DNA of 64,000 bases from NCBI GenBank assembly GCA_016124275.1, contig WGOA01000052.1, positions 7,440-71,439 on the forward strand. The letters are read 5' to 3'. Source of the stretch: Bacteroidota bacterium (GTDB taxonomy: Bacteria; Bacteroidota; Bacteroidia; Chitinophagales; BACL12). Positions 39,123-49,396 of the stretch are shown here, piece by piece. Each line of letters starts with the position of its first letter. Position 1 is the first letter of the stretch. The position numbers and the translations under genes were made by a program. The notes below the pieces were generated by a model, which saw only the letters and a list, made by a program, of their open reading frames with translations, did no database searches and was not told where the DNA came from.

Positions 39123-39850
39123 TGCTTCGGCTTTTTCGTCAGCAATACAATTACTTTTTCTCTCCCGATAAGGACTTAGTTCGCCGCCTGCACCGGGTAA
39201 CCGGAGTTATTCCGCAAAGCGTTGCCCTCTATGCTTTGGCGATGCAGCACAGTTCCGCCTCGAGCAAGCTTACCGAAAACAACGAGCGTTTGGAATTGCT
39301 CGGGGATTCTGTGATTGATTTGGCCGTGGCTGATCATTTGTTTAAGCATTTCCCTTACAAGCCGGAAGGGTTTTTGACCGAAATGCGCGCTAAACTGGTG
39401 AGCCGGGGCATGCTCAATGACATTGCCATCCGCATGGGCCTCAAAGAGCTGATTGTTCGCAAGGCCAGCGAAGCAGATTTTCACAAGAGTTCCATTGCCG
39501 GAAACGCACTCGAAGCGTTAGTCGGCGCTATTTACCTTGATTTGGGTTACCGCGAGGCGCACCGTTTTGTGTTGGACCGCATGATCCAGCCCTACATAGA
39601 TTTAGATGAATTGGTGCGCACCACCGTCAATTTCAAAAGCAAGCTGTTGGAATGGTGCCAAAAACGCCAGAAGAAACTGCAGTTTAAGCTCATCAGCGAA
39701 CACCGCGATAAGAACAAATGGGTCTATACCATAGCTGCCATGGTGGACGACGAGAAAGTAGGCCGGGGCAGTGAATCCAGCAAGAAGCGCGCGGAACAAC
39801 TGGCTGCAGAAGCCGCCGTATTGCACCTGAAAATAGACCAGGAGGAGTAA
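39122..39850 (+). CDS. rnc: Ribonuclease III
   Basis: NERLELLGDSV, EG.LT.MR, NALEALVGAIYLD, dsRBD NFKSKLLEW...SKKRAEQ.AA. Confidence 0.95.
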   Translation: MLRLFRQQYNYFFSPDKDLVRRLHRVTGVIPQSVALYALAMQHSSASSKLTENNERLELLGDSVIDLAVADHLFKHFPYKPEGFLTEMRAKLVSRGMLNDIAIRMGLKELIVRKASEADFHKSSIAGNALEALVGAIYLDLGYREAHRFVLDRMIQPYIDLDELVRTTVNFKSKLLEWCQKRQKKLQFKLISEHRDKNKWVYTIAAMVDDEKVGRGSESSKKRAEQLAAEAAVLHLKIDQEE

Positions 39851-39882
39851 ACGCTGTGCAGCGCTGCCACTGGGCTAAGGCC

Positions 39883-41214
39883 CTACTTCTTCTTTTTCTT
39901 GCCGCCTGCTTTCTCCAGTTTAACCGCAAGACTGTCCTGCAATTCGCGCGATACGGCGCCGTAGGGGCCGATGATCACTTCTTCCGCTTCTGACAAACCG
40001 CTTAAAATCTGGATGTAATCATCATCCTGAATGCCGGATTTGACTTCTTTTTGAATGGCCAGATTGTCTTTGAAGACGAAGACCACTTCGCGGATTTGCT
40101 CGCCTTTGGCGGCCAGGGTGTCTTCGCGTGTGGTCACCGACTGTATGGGCACAGAGAGCGCTTTGTTGACTACACGGGTTTTGATTTCAGCTGTTCCTGA
40201 CATGCCCGGGTAGAGCGCATACGATGCGGTTTTCTGCCCTTCCTTTTTCTCCAGCAAGTCAGCATAACTTGACCTATCCAGAACAATTTCTACCTTGTAG
40301 TTCGTGGCCTGCTCGGCGGCAGAAAACTGGCCAGAAGTGGCCGCTGTAGCCACCTGCGTCACAATGCCGCTGAAGCGCCGGTCGAGGTAAGCGTCCACTT
40401 CAACAAACGCAGTATCGCCGGGCCGAATGCGAAGCACGTCGCTCTCGCTGACGTCCACATGCACTTCCATCAAATTCAGGTCAACAATTTTCATCAGCGG
40501 GGTGCCGGACATCATGCTGGTGCCCAAAACCGTTTCGCCAACTTTTACGCTTAGCCCGCTCACGATGCCGGATACTGGTGCGCGCAGTTTGGTCCTGGAC
40601 AATTGCTCCTGCATTTGGCGAAGGGTTTGCTCGTTGCTCTGCACCGTATAGCCTGCGCTCTTGACGCTTTCTTGCGCAATGGCAATATCAGACTTAGCCG
40701 TTTCGTAACGGGCTTGCGCTACTTCAAAATTGGCCTGTGACTCCACACCTTCTTCGCGCAGCATTTTTATACGATCGTAATTGGCCGAAGCGTTTTTCAG
40801 GTTGGCCTCTGCAGCCAGCAATGCCGCTTTGGCGCTCGCCAATGCTGCTTTGGTTCCACTGAGCGCAGCTTGCGTGCGCTGCACGTCGCTTGCAAAGATT
40901 TCCGGATCAATTTCCACCAACAACTGGCCTGCAATGACCGAATCGCCATCTTCAACCCAGAGCTGAACGATTTCACCGGAGATCTCCGGCGTAATGGTCA
41001 CCTCTGTTTTAGCGAATAGTTTTCCACTGGCCGTTACTGTTTCGGTAATGTCGCGGAGTTTGACGTTTTCGGTGCGGACTTCCAGCGCGTTGCGGTTGCC
41101 GAAGGAGAATGAAAACCCTCCGCCATCTTTGGCGCCTTGGGTCAGGGTATACACGCCAAAGGAAATGGCGAGCACCACCAGCGTAAGACCCAGGTAAAGC
41201 AGTACTTTTTTCAC
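39883..41214 (-). CDS. Efflux periplasmic adaptor subunit (MacA/HlyD-like)
   Basis: N-terminal TM; ISGEIV.L.V.DGD.V..GQLL, APVSG, VDVSESD, PGMSG, VPIQSV. Confidence 0.9.
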   Translation of the reverse strand: MKKVLLYLGLTLVVLAISFGVYTLTQGAKDGGGFSFSFGNRNALEVRTENVKLRDITETVTASGKLFAKTEVTITPEISGEIVQLWVEDGDSVIAGQLLVEIDPEIFASDVQRTQAALSGTKAALASAKAALLAAEANLKNASANYDRIKMLREEGVESQANFEVAQARYETAKSDIAIAQESVKSAGYTVQSNEQTLRQMQEQLSRTKLRAPVSGIVSGLSVKVGETVLGTSMMSGTPLMKIVDLNLMEVHVDVSESDVLRIRPGDTAFVEVDAYLDRRFSGIVTQVATAATSGQFSAAEQATNYKVEIVLDRSSYADLLEKKEGQKTASYALYPGMSGTAEIKTRVVNKALSVPIQSVTTREDTLAAKGEQIREVVFVFKDNLAIQKEVKSGIQDDDYIQILSGLSEAEEVIIGPYGAVSRELQDSLAVKLEKAGGKKKKK

Positions 41215-41274
41215 AAGCGCAAAGTTAGCGAATCTCCAAAGGGCTTCGGGATGACGCGTGCAGCACGCAGCCGG

Positions 41275-42615
41275 TTACAAATTCAAGGGACGGCCCTGGT
41301 AAAATTCAAGAACCTTGCTGGCCAGCAGGTAGTTGTACTTAGCCGTTAACAAGTCCGCTTCTGCGGCAATCAGCAAATTGCGGGCATTGTTCAGCTCAAA
41401 ACTGGGGGCCTGACCGGCCTCAAAGCGCTTTTGGGCAAATTCAAGGGAGAGTTTGCGGGCTTCCACTACTTTTTTGGCAGCCTGGTAACTGCTGGCAGCG
41501 GCTTTGGCATCGGCCACAGACTGCTCAATGGTTTGGCGCAAGGTATTCAAATCGCGTTCTGAGCTGATTTTCTGTTGGTCCAACAAAAGCTCCGCATTCC
41601 GGATATTGGCGCGAACCAGTCCGTTGGTAAAAATGGGCACATTGAGCCCTAAGCCGACAAACTGACCAAAGTTGTTGTCCAGCTGGTCACCGTAAGAAGG
41701 CAGAAAATCGGCCACCGCTTTTTCGGTGAACCAGGAGGTGCTGGCACCCCCTGTTAATCCGAGGGAAGGGTACAGGTCGCTGCGGGCAAGGTCAATGTTG
41801 TCTTTGGCCAGTTGTTCCGCCATCAGGTTTCGGGTCACGGCAGGCAGTGTTCCGGCTGCATAGCGGTAAATGGCTGCAGCATCCCAGTCTTCCACAGCCA
41901 AGAGGGCATCCATGGAGGCGGGATCCGGCACCTGCACCTCAAAATCTACCGCTTCGTCTGCCTGCATCACCAGCCTGAGTTGCAGGTAGGCTAAAGCAAT
42001 GTTGTTGGCCGCCTGAATGACCCCCAATTCGTCCGTGGCTACTTGCGCCTCCAGTTCGCGCAAATTGCCTTCGGGAATAACCCCCGCTTGGGCCAGGCGC
42101 GCGGAATTGCTCAGGTTATCCCGGCTCACTTCAATTTGCACTTCGCGCCGGCGCTCATCTTCCAAGGCCAAAAGCACCTGCAGGTAAGCCTGCAGCACAT
42201 TGATGCGCACCTGATCTTCCGCTGCTTTTTGGTCTGTTTCGGCCAATCCGCGCTGATCTTCCGCCGCGCGGATGCTTCTCATCAGCCCAAAACCCTGAAA
42301 AATAGGTAGGTTGCCATTGACGCTAAAGGAATTGCTTTGCGAGCGCGAAGCATCAATAGTCAGGTTGTCCGGGTTGGTAAAGCGGCCAAAGGCGAGTCCA
42401 TAATAGGCAGAACCGGTCACGCTTGGCAGACGATTCAGCCGGCGTTGCTGCAAAGCAACGTCCGCTTGTTCCACGCCAACACCAGCCAGACGAACGTCCA
42501 GGTTGTTTTCTGTGGCGTAGTTCAGGCATTGCTCCAACGTCCAAACACTTTGAGAAAATCCCAAAATGGGAAACGCAAGGCTAAGGAGCAGGAAACAAAA
42601 GGCATAGCGAAACAT
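41275..42615 (-). CDS. TolC-family outer membrane efflux protein
   Basis: Signal peptide; WTLEQC..YA..NN, LPIFQGF, LYPSL, VPIF.N, RFEAG, AKYNY. Confidence 0.9.
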   Translation of the reverse strand: MFRYAFCFLLLSLAFPILGFSQSVWTLEQCLNYATENNLDVRLAGVGVEQADVALQQRRLNRLPSVTGSAYYGLAFGRFTNPDNLTIDASRSQSNSFSVNGNLPIFQGFGLMRSIRAAEDQRGLAETDQKAAEDQVRINVLQAYLQVLLALEDERRREVQIEVSRDNLSNSARLAQAGVIPEGNLRELEAQVATDELGVIQAANNIALAYLQLRLVMQADEAVDFEVQVPDPASMDALLAVEDWDAAAIYRYAAGTLPAVTRNLMAEQLAKDNIDLARSDLYPSLGLTGGASTSWFTEKAVADFLPSYGDQLDNNFGQFVGLGLNVPIFTNGLVRANIRNAELLLDQQKISSERDLNTLRQTIEQSVADAKAAASSYQAAKKVVEARKLSLEFAQKRFEAGQAPSFELNNARNLLIAAEADLLTAKYNYLLASKVLEFYQGRPLNL

Positions 42616-42905
42616 GGGCAGTCTTTTTAGCGGGCACGATTCCGGGCGGATAAACACAACACCTTACAGCGCAACGAGGCCGCTGCGGGTCATTCCGGGT
42701 TGAAATTAGCCATAGGCATTTTAACCCCTGTGCCGCAGCGGTGCCATTAAGTAAAAATTAACATTTTGAAAAGCGCCGGGCTGTTGGATTGTTCGGCAAA
42801 GCTTACCCTTAAGGCGTGCAAAACGGGGGAAAGGGTACCGTTCCCGCGCAGGATTTGTCCATTTTTACCAACTGTTGCTCTTTGCACTTATCCCCTTCGC
42901 CCGAC

Positions 42906-43349
42906 ATGCTTGAAAACCCGGACACCCTCTTTATGAAAGCCGCTCTGCTGGAGGCAGAAAAGGCATTTGCGGAAGATGAAGTACCCGTTGGAGCCGTGGT
43001 CGTAAGCCGCAATCGCATCATCGCGCGAGCCCACAACCAGACGGAGCGTTTGCGCGATGCCACCGCTCATGCAGAAATGTTGGCCCTCACAGCCGCCGAA
43101 GAAACCCTTGGCAGCAAAATCCTGGAAACCTGCACCCTTTATGTTACGCTGGAGCCTTGTGTCATGTGTGCCGGGGCTTGTTTTTGGACACGCATTGGCA
43201 GGGTCGTGGTGGCCGCAGCAGATGCTAAGGTAGGCTTTCTGCGCTTTGGCACCGGGTTGCTCCACCCGCGCACGGAGTATTACCAGGGCGTTGAAGCCGA
43301 AGCCGCCGCCGACTTGTTGCGCACGTATTTTCAGGCCAAGCGCAACTGA
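42906..43349 (+). CDS. tadA: tRNA adenosine deaminase-like nucleoside deaminase
   Basis: EVPVGAV, DATAHAEM, LYVTLEPCVMCAGA. Confidence 0.88.
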   Translation: MLENPDTLFMKAALLEAEKAFAEDEVPVGAVVVSRNRIIARAHNQTERLRDATAHAEMLALTAAEETLGSKILETCTLYVTLEPCVMCAGACFWTRIGRVVVAAADAKVGFLRFGTGLLHPRTEYYQGVEAEAAADLLRTYFQAKRN

Positions 43350-43538
43350 ACAAACCGGGGCAGGAGCAGTTTTTCTGGCTAATTTTTTAGGAAGTGCCGG
43401 CCCCGGAGAGAGGGTTGGCTAAGGGCCATGCGCCGGCCTTAATGCGCTTAGTCCTATCTTTGCCGGGTTAAACAGCTGGTCTGATCGGAGCTTCTTTTCA
43501 GGCAGCGTTATTTTTGAAAATCGATTAATTCTATTGTT

Positions 43539-44147
43539 ATGGCATTCGAATTGCCCGCCTTACCCTACGCTTTTGATGCCCTGGAACCGCACATTGATGC
43601 GCGCACCATGGAGATTCACCACGGTAAACACCACGCAGCTTACACCACAAACCTGAACAACGCCATTGCAGGTACCCCCCTTGAAGGCAAAAGCATCCTG
43701 GATTTGATGGCTAAGGCCGGAGAATACGGTGCAGCAGTGCGCAACAACGGGGGTGGTTTTTACAACCACAACCTTTTTTGGACCATTCTTGCGCCGAACG
43801 CAGGCGGTGCACCCCAGGGTGAACTGGCCGCTGCCATTGACCGCGACTTTGGTTCCTTCGACGCACTGAAGGAGCAATTCAACAAAGCGGGAGCTACCCG
43901 CTTTGGTTCCGGTTGGGCGTGGTTGGTTGCCCAAGATGGCAAGTTGGTGGTTTCTTCTACCCCCAATCAGGACAACCCGCTGATGGATGTGGCAGAAGTT
44001 AAAGGCTCGCCCATTTTAGGGCTGGATGTTTGGGAGCACGCCTATTACCTGAATTACCAAAACCGCAGGCCCGATTACATCGTGGCATTCTGGAACCTGG
44101 TCAATTGGAAGCAGGTCTCCGACAACCTGAGCAAAGCCGGTAAATAA
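43539..44147 (+). CDS. sodA: Fe/Mn superoxide dismutase
   Basis: [46 protein letters not shown]. Confidence 0.93.
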   Translation: MAFELPALPYAFDALEPHIDARTMEIHHGKHHAAYTTNLNNAIAGTPLEGKSILDLMAKAGEYGAAVRNNGGGFYNHNLFWTILAPNAGGAPQGELAAAIDRDFGSFDALKEQFNKAGATRFGSGWAWLVAQDGKLVVSSTPNQDNPLMDVAEVKGSPILGLDVWEHAYYLNYQNRRPDYIVAFWNLVNWKQVSDNLSKAGK

Positions 44148-44194
44148 GGAGGGGCTGGAAACTACCCCCACCGGCAGGTCCTTTAGCCACTGGG

Positions 44195-46033
44195 CTACTC
44201 GACCGTCACGGACTTGGCCAGGTTGCGCGGTTGGTCCACATTGCAACCGCGCATAACGGCGATGTGATAGGCCAGCAATTGAAGCGGCACAACAGAAAGC
44301 AGAGGGGTCAATGACTCCTCTGTTTTTGGTATAACGACGGTGAAATCCGCCAATTGGCGAATCACTTTGTCGTCTTCTGCAACGATGGCAATGATCCTGC
44401 CTTTGCGCGCTTTGACTTCCTGAATGTTGCTCACAATTTTGTCGTAAGCACTGGGGTTGGTGGCCAACACCACCACCGGCATATGCTCGTCAATCAGCGC
44501 AATCGGGCCGTGTTTCATCTCGGCTGCGGGGTAGCCTTCGGCGTGGATGTACGAGATTTCTTTCAGTTTGAGCGCGCCTTCCAGTGCCACCGGGAAATTG
44601 TATCCGCGGCCCAGGTACAGGAAGTTGCGCACATCCACGAATTCTTCAGCGATGTCCCGGATGAGCGAATCGCTTTGCAGCAGCATTTCAATTTGCGCCG
44701 GAATCCGCTGCAGTTCATCCAGAATAAAGTGGTAACGCGATTCCGATATCGTGCCTTTGGCCCGGGCGATGGCCAGGGCCATCAGGGTAACAATGGTAAT
44801 TTGCGCCGTGAAGGCTTTGGTGGAAGCAACCCCGATCTCCGGGCCTGCGTGGGTGTATGACCCGGCGTCTGTGGCGCGGGAAATGGAAGAGCCCACCACG
44901 TTGCAGATGCCGTAGATCGTAGCCCCTCTGGATTTAGCCAATTCAATTGCGGCCAGCGTATCGGCCGTTTCGCCCGACTGAGAGATGGCGATGACAATGT
45001 CGTGCTCATCCAGGATGGGGTTGCGGTAGCGAAACTCGGAGGCGTATTCCACTTCGACAGGAATGCGCGCATAGTCTTCAAACAAATACTCCGCTACCAA
45101 TCCGGCGTGCCAGGAAGTACCGCAAGCCACCACGATGATGCGCCGCGCAGCCACGAATTTTGCTTCGAACTCCTGAATGCCGCGCAAGTGAATGCTCTGA
45201 TCGCCAAGTCCGATGCGGCCGCGGAGCGAATCGGTGATGGAGCGAGGTTGTTCGTATATTTCTTTGAGCATGAAATGCTCGTAGCCGCCCTTCTCAATCG
45301 TCTCCAGTTTCATTTGGAGCTCCTGGACGTAGGGCGTAATCCGCTTGTTGTCAATGGTTCGAATGCTCATTTCGCCATTGCGGTTAACGACCGCTACTTC
45401 CTCATCGTTGAGGTACACCACGTTGCGGGTGTACTCGATGATGGGGGTGGCGTCAGAGGCCAGAAAGAACTCGCCTTTGCCCAGCCCGATAACCAGGGGG
45501 CTGGATTTGCGCGCCGCGTAGAGCCGGTTGGGCTCATCTTGGCTGATGATGACAATAGCGTAGGCACCAATGACTTGTGAGAGCGCAATGGGCAAAGCCT
45601 TTTCAAGATCTAACCCCTCCTTTTGCTGAATGTCCTCGATCAGGTTGATCAGCACTTCGGTATCGGTATCCGAGATAAAGCGGTGACCGCGCCCTTCAAG
45701 CTCAGCGCGAAGGGCAGCGTAATTTTCAATGATGCCATTGTGGATAATGGCCAAATTGGTGCTGGACGAAACGTGCGGGTGAGCGTTGGTATCGTTTGGC
45801 AGGCCGTGCGTGGCCCATCGCGTGTGGCCCATGCCCATAGTGCCGTGCAGGTTACGGCCGGCTAGTTCTGTTTCAAGTTCGGCTACTTTGCCCGCCTTTT
45901 TGCAGACTTGCAACGCTCCGTTCAGCACGGCCACCCCGGCGCTGTCGTAACCGCGGTATTCCAGGCGTTTCAGGCCCTTAATGATAACCGGAATGGCTTC
46001 CCGGTAACCCACATAACCGACGATCCCGCACAT
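44195..46033 (-). CDS. glmS: Glutamine-fructose-6-phosphate transaminase
   Basis: MCGIVGY, LEYRGYDSAG, GHTRWATHG, SQSGETADT, EGALKLKE, PRNLAKSVTVE. Confidence 0.98.
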   Translation of the reverse strand: MCGIVGYVGYREAIPVIIKGLKRLEYRGYDSAGVAVLNGALQVCKKAGKVAELETELAGRNLHGTMGMGHTRWATHGLPNDTNAHPHVSSSTNLAIIHNGIIENYAALRAELEGRGHRFISDTDTEVLINLIEDIQQKEGLDLEKALPIALSQVIGAYAIVIISQDEPNRLYAARKSSPLVIGLGKGEFFLASDATPIIEYTRNVVYLNDEEVAVVNRNGEMSIRTIDNKRITPYVQELQMKLETIEKGGYEHFMLKEIYEQPRSITDSLRGRIGLGDQSIHLRGIQEFEAKFVAARRIIVVACGTSWHAGLVAEYLFEDYARIPVEVEYASEFRYRNPILDEHDIVIAISQSGETADTLAAIELAKSRGATIYGICNVVGSSISRATDAGSYTHAGPEIGVASTKAFTAQITIVTLMALAIARAKGTISESRYHFILDELQRIPAQIEMLLQSDSLIRDIAEEFVDVRNFLYLGRGYNFPVALEGALKLKEISYIHAEGYPAAEMKHGPIALIDEHMPVVVLATNPSAYDKIVSNIQEVKARKGRIIAIVAEDDKVIRQLADFTVVIPKTEESLTPLLSVVPLQLLAYHIAVMRGCNVDQPRNLAKSVTVE

Positions 46034-46036
46034 AGG

Positions 46037-47413
46037 CTATTCGATTTCGGTGTAAAGAATTTCCAGCGACATCCGAATCCGCTCATCGGGGTGGTTGATT
46101 CCGCCGATTATGGCCCGGTTGGCATTCCGAAAATAGGGGAATGGTACTAAAACAAAACCTTTGTTATCCACTTCGCCGTTCAGGATTCGCTGAACATGGC
46201 GCGTCAAATTCAGTTCATAACCAGTAATTCGCTGACCAGGACCCACCACGATGCTCTCTTTGGCCCCGCCGTAATGCGATGCGGGTTCAAACTGGTCGTA
46301 CACGGACCAATAGGTTTCGCTGCTGCGGCTGATGAAAATAAATTCGTTGCCGCAGATGCTGTCGGTGGCCAATACGTAGCATTGAGAAGGTGCCGGAAAC
46401 ACAGAATCTGCAGCGGTGCCGCCTGTCAAAGCAAAGCGCAAAATGGCGCGGTTAATGGCCACCGTTCCCAGGTCCTCCAGATTGGGTATCTCAATGCGCA
46501 TGCTGTGTCCGGCCAGTCCGGAAAGGTACATCAGGCTGTCTGATGACGCGCCGCCACAAGCCTGCGGAATTGCCTGGCCAGTGGTGTACTGATGCGTATA
46601 ATGCGCTACGGTAATGGATGAAGTGCCAATGGGGAAGACCACCACGCTCGTGTCGGTATTCAAGGGGGAAATGGCCCGGTAGTACAGGTTCAACCGCGAG
46701 ACCACATTGCGGGGGTTGACCCGGAAAAAACCGCGCGAGAATCCACTCATGGTGTCCGGTACGATGTACAAGCCAGGCAGCCAGTTTTGGAACGAAGTGT
46801 CGTTTGACAGTTCAGGCTGACCGGCCAGGTTGAAGAGTTGCTGCCCAAAAGCAATGTCAAGGGGAATGCGCACTTGTGGCGGTTGGAGCACACCACCAAC
46901 GGTAACGCTATCCCCCACAGCCGGCAGAAAACCAAGCCGCTGGCCAACGCGAACCGGATCAACGGTAAAATCGCGATCGGCGTTGTACACGGTGCCTGTC
47001 TCCATTTCCTCCGTCATCCGGTAAATGGAAATGTTCTGCGGCACGCTTTCGTCGCCGTAAAATCCTGTGAGCGAAAGGCTAAGCACCAGGGAGTCAAACA
47101 CGTAAACGGTTGAACCGGTGTCCGGGGTAAAATCCAGGTTGTTGGTGGGCAGAATAAACTGGGTATAAAGCCCGGCCGTGGATCGGCCAAAGACCAAATC
47201 ATCGTCACTGCCAATCAGGTTATCCAACAGATTCGTGGCGTAAACGGAGTCGCTGCGAATGGTGTAGGTATGGATGGTGAAGGTGTCCGTCAGGGCTGTC
47301 AGCAAGTCACCATCGCCTAACAAATCCCTACCGATGCCCGTGGGCTCGTTGCAGGATGCCATGGCCAGCAGGAAGGCGACAAAGGCCGCATACAATAGGC
47401 GGGAAGCGGGCAT
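46037..47413 (-). CDS. DUF4270-family lipoprotein
   Basis: Lipobox MASC, G.D.VFG.S.A, DSLVLSL, INRAIL; conserved position between glmS and glycogen synthase-like gene. Confidence 0.75.
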   Translation of the reverse strand: MPASRLLYAAFVAFLLAMASCNEPTGIGRDLLGDGDLLTALTDTFTIHTYTIRSDSVYATNLLDNLIGSDDDLVFGRSTAGLYTQFILPTNNLDFTPDTGSTVYVFDSLVLSLSLTGFYGDESVPQNISIYRMTEEMETGTVYNADRDFTVDPVRVGQRLGFLPAVGDSVTVGGVLQPPQVRIPLDIAFGQQLFNLAGQPELSNDTSFQNWLPGLYIVPDTMSGFSRGFFRVNPRNVVSRLNLYYRAISPLNTDTSVVVFPIGTSSITVAHYTHQYTTGQAIPQACGGASSDSLMYLSGLAGHSMRIEIPNLEDLGTVAINRAILRFALTGGTAADSVFPAPSQCYVLATDSICGNEFIFISRSSETYWSVYDQFEPASHYGGAKESIVVGPGQRITGYELNLTRHVQRILNGEVDNKGFVLVPFPYFRNANRAIIGGINHPDERIRMSLEILYTEIE

Positions 47414-47466
47414 TGATTCCAGGGGAATTTAACAGCGGGTAGGGTGCGGAAGAGCGGGAATCGGGA

Positions 47467-48279
47467 TCATTTACCGCCCAGCTCTTCGTAAAAATTCTGG
47501 TAAGCGCTCAGGTAATCTTCGCCATTCAGGAAAGGCAAAATTGGCTTGCCCAGTTTTTTCAGGGAGCCGTTCATTTCGGCGTCCATTCCTGCATTGCCCA
47601 GAATAACCCCATCGGCATAGGTCATACCACCCATGGTCATGGCCGCATTGTCCAGCTTCTCAAAAACCTTGAGTTCCTTGCCGCCAATGGCGTCATTGAT
47701 GAGTGCCTTAACCATGAATTCCTCCGATAACGTTTCTGTAAAGGAATTCTTGTACACCGAGTAAACTACTTTGGTGGTGCGAAACACCGGATCTCCTTTG
47801 TAGGCTGTTTTCAGGTACAGCGGCACCAGGCTGGTCATCCAGCCATGACAATGAATGATGTCCGGCGGCCAGTCCATGCGGCGAATGGTTTCCAGGGCAC
47901 CCTTGCAGAAAAAGATCATCCGATCGGCATTGTCATCGTAAAAGGCCTCTTTGGGATCCCGAAACACCGTTTTTCGCTTGAAAAAATCGTCGTTGTCCAG
48001 GAAATAGACCTGCATGCGTGCGCCGGGCACCGATGCCACTTTGATAATCAGCGGGTAGTCATCGTTGTCCACAATGATGTTCATACCGGACAAACGAACC
48101 ACCTCGTGCAGGCGATGCCGCCGCTCGTTGATGCTTCCGAAACGCGGCATCAATACCCGGATTTCCATTCCGTTGTCCTGAATGTACTGGGGAAGCTGGC
48201 GGGTGATCTCCGCAATTTCCGTAGCCACCAGATACGGCTTCATTTCCTGGGTCAGGATGAGCACTCGTTTCTTATCCAT
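47467..48279 (-). CDS. Glycogen/starch synthase N-terminal-domain protein (Glyco_transf_5)
   Basis: RVLMPRFG.INERRH.LHEV.RLSG, VYFLDN, PDIIHCHGW; 270 aa, lacks the second GT-B domain. Confidence 0.88.
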   Translation of the reverse strand: MDKKRVLILTQEMKPYLVATEIAEITRQLPQYIQDNGMEIRVLMPRFGSINERRHRLHEVVRLSGMNIIVDNDDYPLIIKVASVPGARMQVYFLDNDDFFKRKTVFRDPKEAFYDDNADRMIFFCKGALETIRRMDWPPDIIHCHGWMTSLVPLYLKTAYKGDPVFRTTKVVYSVYKNSFTETLSEEFMVKALINDAIGGKELKVFEKLDNAAMTMGGMTYADGVILGNAGMDAEMNGSLKKLGKPILPFLNGEDYLSAYQNFYEELGGK

Positions 48280-48376
48280 GTATGCGATTGACTAACTTGC
48301 AGCCTTTAAAGAAAGGCGCCGTCTGACGGGCAAAAATACAAAAAAGAACGCATTGGTCCACCACGGCAAGGCGGCA

Positions 48377-49240
48377 ATGGTCTGTCTGACACAAAAGGCG
48401 GCCCTTGCAGAATTCGTTGAACGACAACGAAAAAGGGGAGCCAGCATAGGTTTCGTGCCCACAATGGGAGCCTTGCACCAAGGCCATTTATCGCTGGTTG
48501 ATCGCAGCGCGCTGGAGTGCGATTGCACGATAGTGTCCATTTTTGTGAACCCTACTCAGTTCAATCAGGTTGAAGATCTGGTGCTCTACCCCCGTCCGCT
48601 GGAGGCGGATATGGCCCTTTTAAGCGCCTCTGCCTGCGATGCACTGTTTCTGCCCGCGGTGCCGGAAATCTATCCCGGAGGAGCCGTTGTGCGGCCACAA
48701 TGGGACTTTGGCGGCCTTGATAAGGGCCTCGAAGGGCAGTTTCGCCCCGGCCACTTCGACGGCGTCGCCCAGGTGGTTAAAATCCTGTTGGAATGCGTGC
48801 AGCCGGACGTGCTGTACCTGGGCCAGAAGGACTTTCAGCAATATGCTGTCGTTCGAAAAATGGTTGAACTCGAGCAACTCCCGGTGGATGTTCGGGTTTG
48901 TCCCATCATTCGGGAGCCCGATGGTCTGGCCATGAGTTCCCGCAACGTCCGTTTGGGCGCAGAAGCACGCGAAAAGGCAAAAGCCTTGTCCCAAACGCTG
49001 TTTGCCTTGCGCGAGCAGATTAAACGGGGCAGCTCCCCGCTGCAAGACCTTCTGGATCCCGCGCGTGCCGCTCTGGAAGCAAGTCCGGGAATAGCGCTGG
49101 AATACCTGGAGGCTGTGGACGCGGAAACGCTTGAGCCGGTGCAGGAATGGAACCAAACGTTGACCATTTTACTCTGCGTTGCTGCCTGGTTAGGCGGAGT
49201 GCGTTTGATTGATAACGTCCTGGTGAGCACCACGGCCTGA
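48377..49240 (+). CDS. panC: Pantoate-beta-alanine ligase
   Basis: GFVPTMGALHQGH, SIFVNPTQF, RPGHFDGV, GQKDFQQ, REPDGLAMSSRN, RLIDN. Confidence 0.97.
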   Translation: MVCLTQKAALAEFVERQRKRGASIGFVPTMGALHQGHLSLVDRSALECDCTIVSIFVNPTQFNQVEDLVLYPRPLEADMALLSASACDALFLPAVPEIYPGGAVVRPQWDFGGLDKGLEGQFRPGHFDGVAQVVKILLECVQPDVLYLGQKDFQQYAVVRKMVELEQLPVDVRVCPIIREPDGLAMSSRNVRLGAEAREKAKALSQTLFALREQIKRGSSPLQDLLDPARAALEASPGIALEYLEAVDAETLEPVQEWNQTLTILLCVAAWLGGVRLIDNVLVSTTA

Positions 49241-49396
49241 ACCGCTACTTATCCACCGAGGCCAAAGTTTCTTCTGCTGAAACCGCCAGCCATGCGAGGA
49301 ATGCTATTTTTGCCGCGCCGGAACAGGCTTTTGCATTGCGCATTTGTGCTGTGTCGCGGTCAACCTTTTTCATTTGCCATCCGTATCCCCTAACTC

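Noticed and set aside
46030-46040. glmS ribozyme
   Set aside because: Only 3 bp separate glmS from the upstream gene, leaving no room for a leader
47467-48279. Half-length glycogen synthase as a pseudogene
   Set aside because: The single-domain form at this locus is normal in Bacteroidota and the ORF is intact
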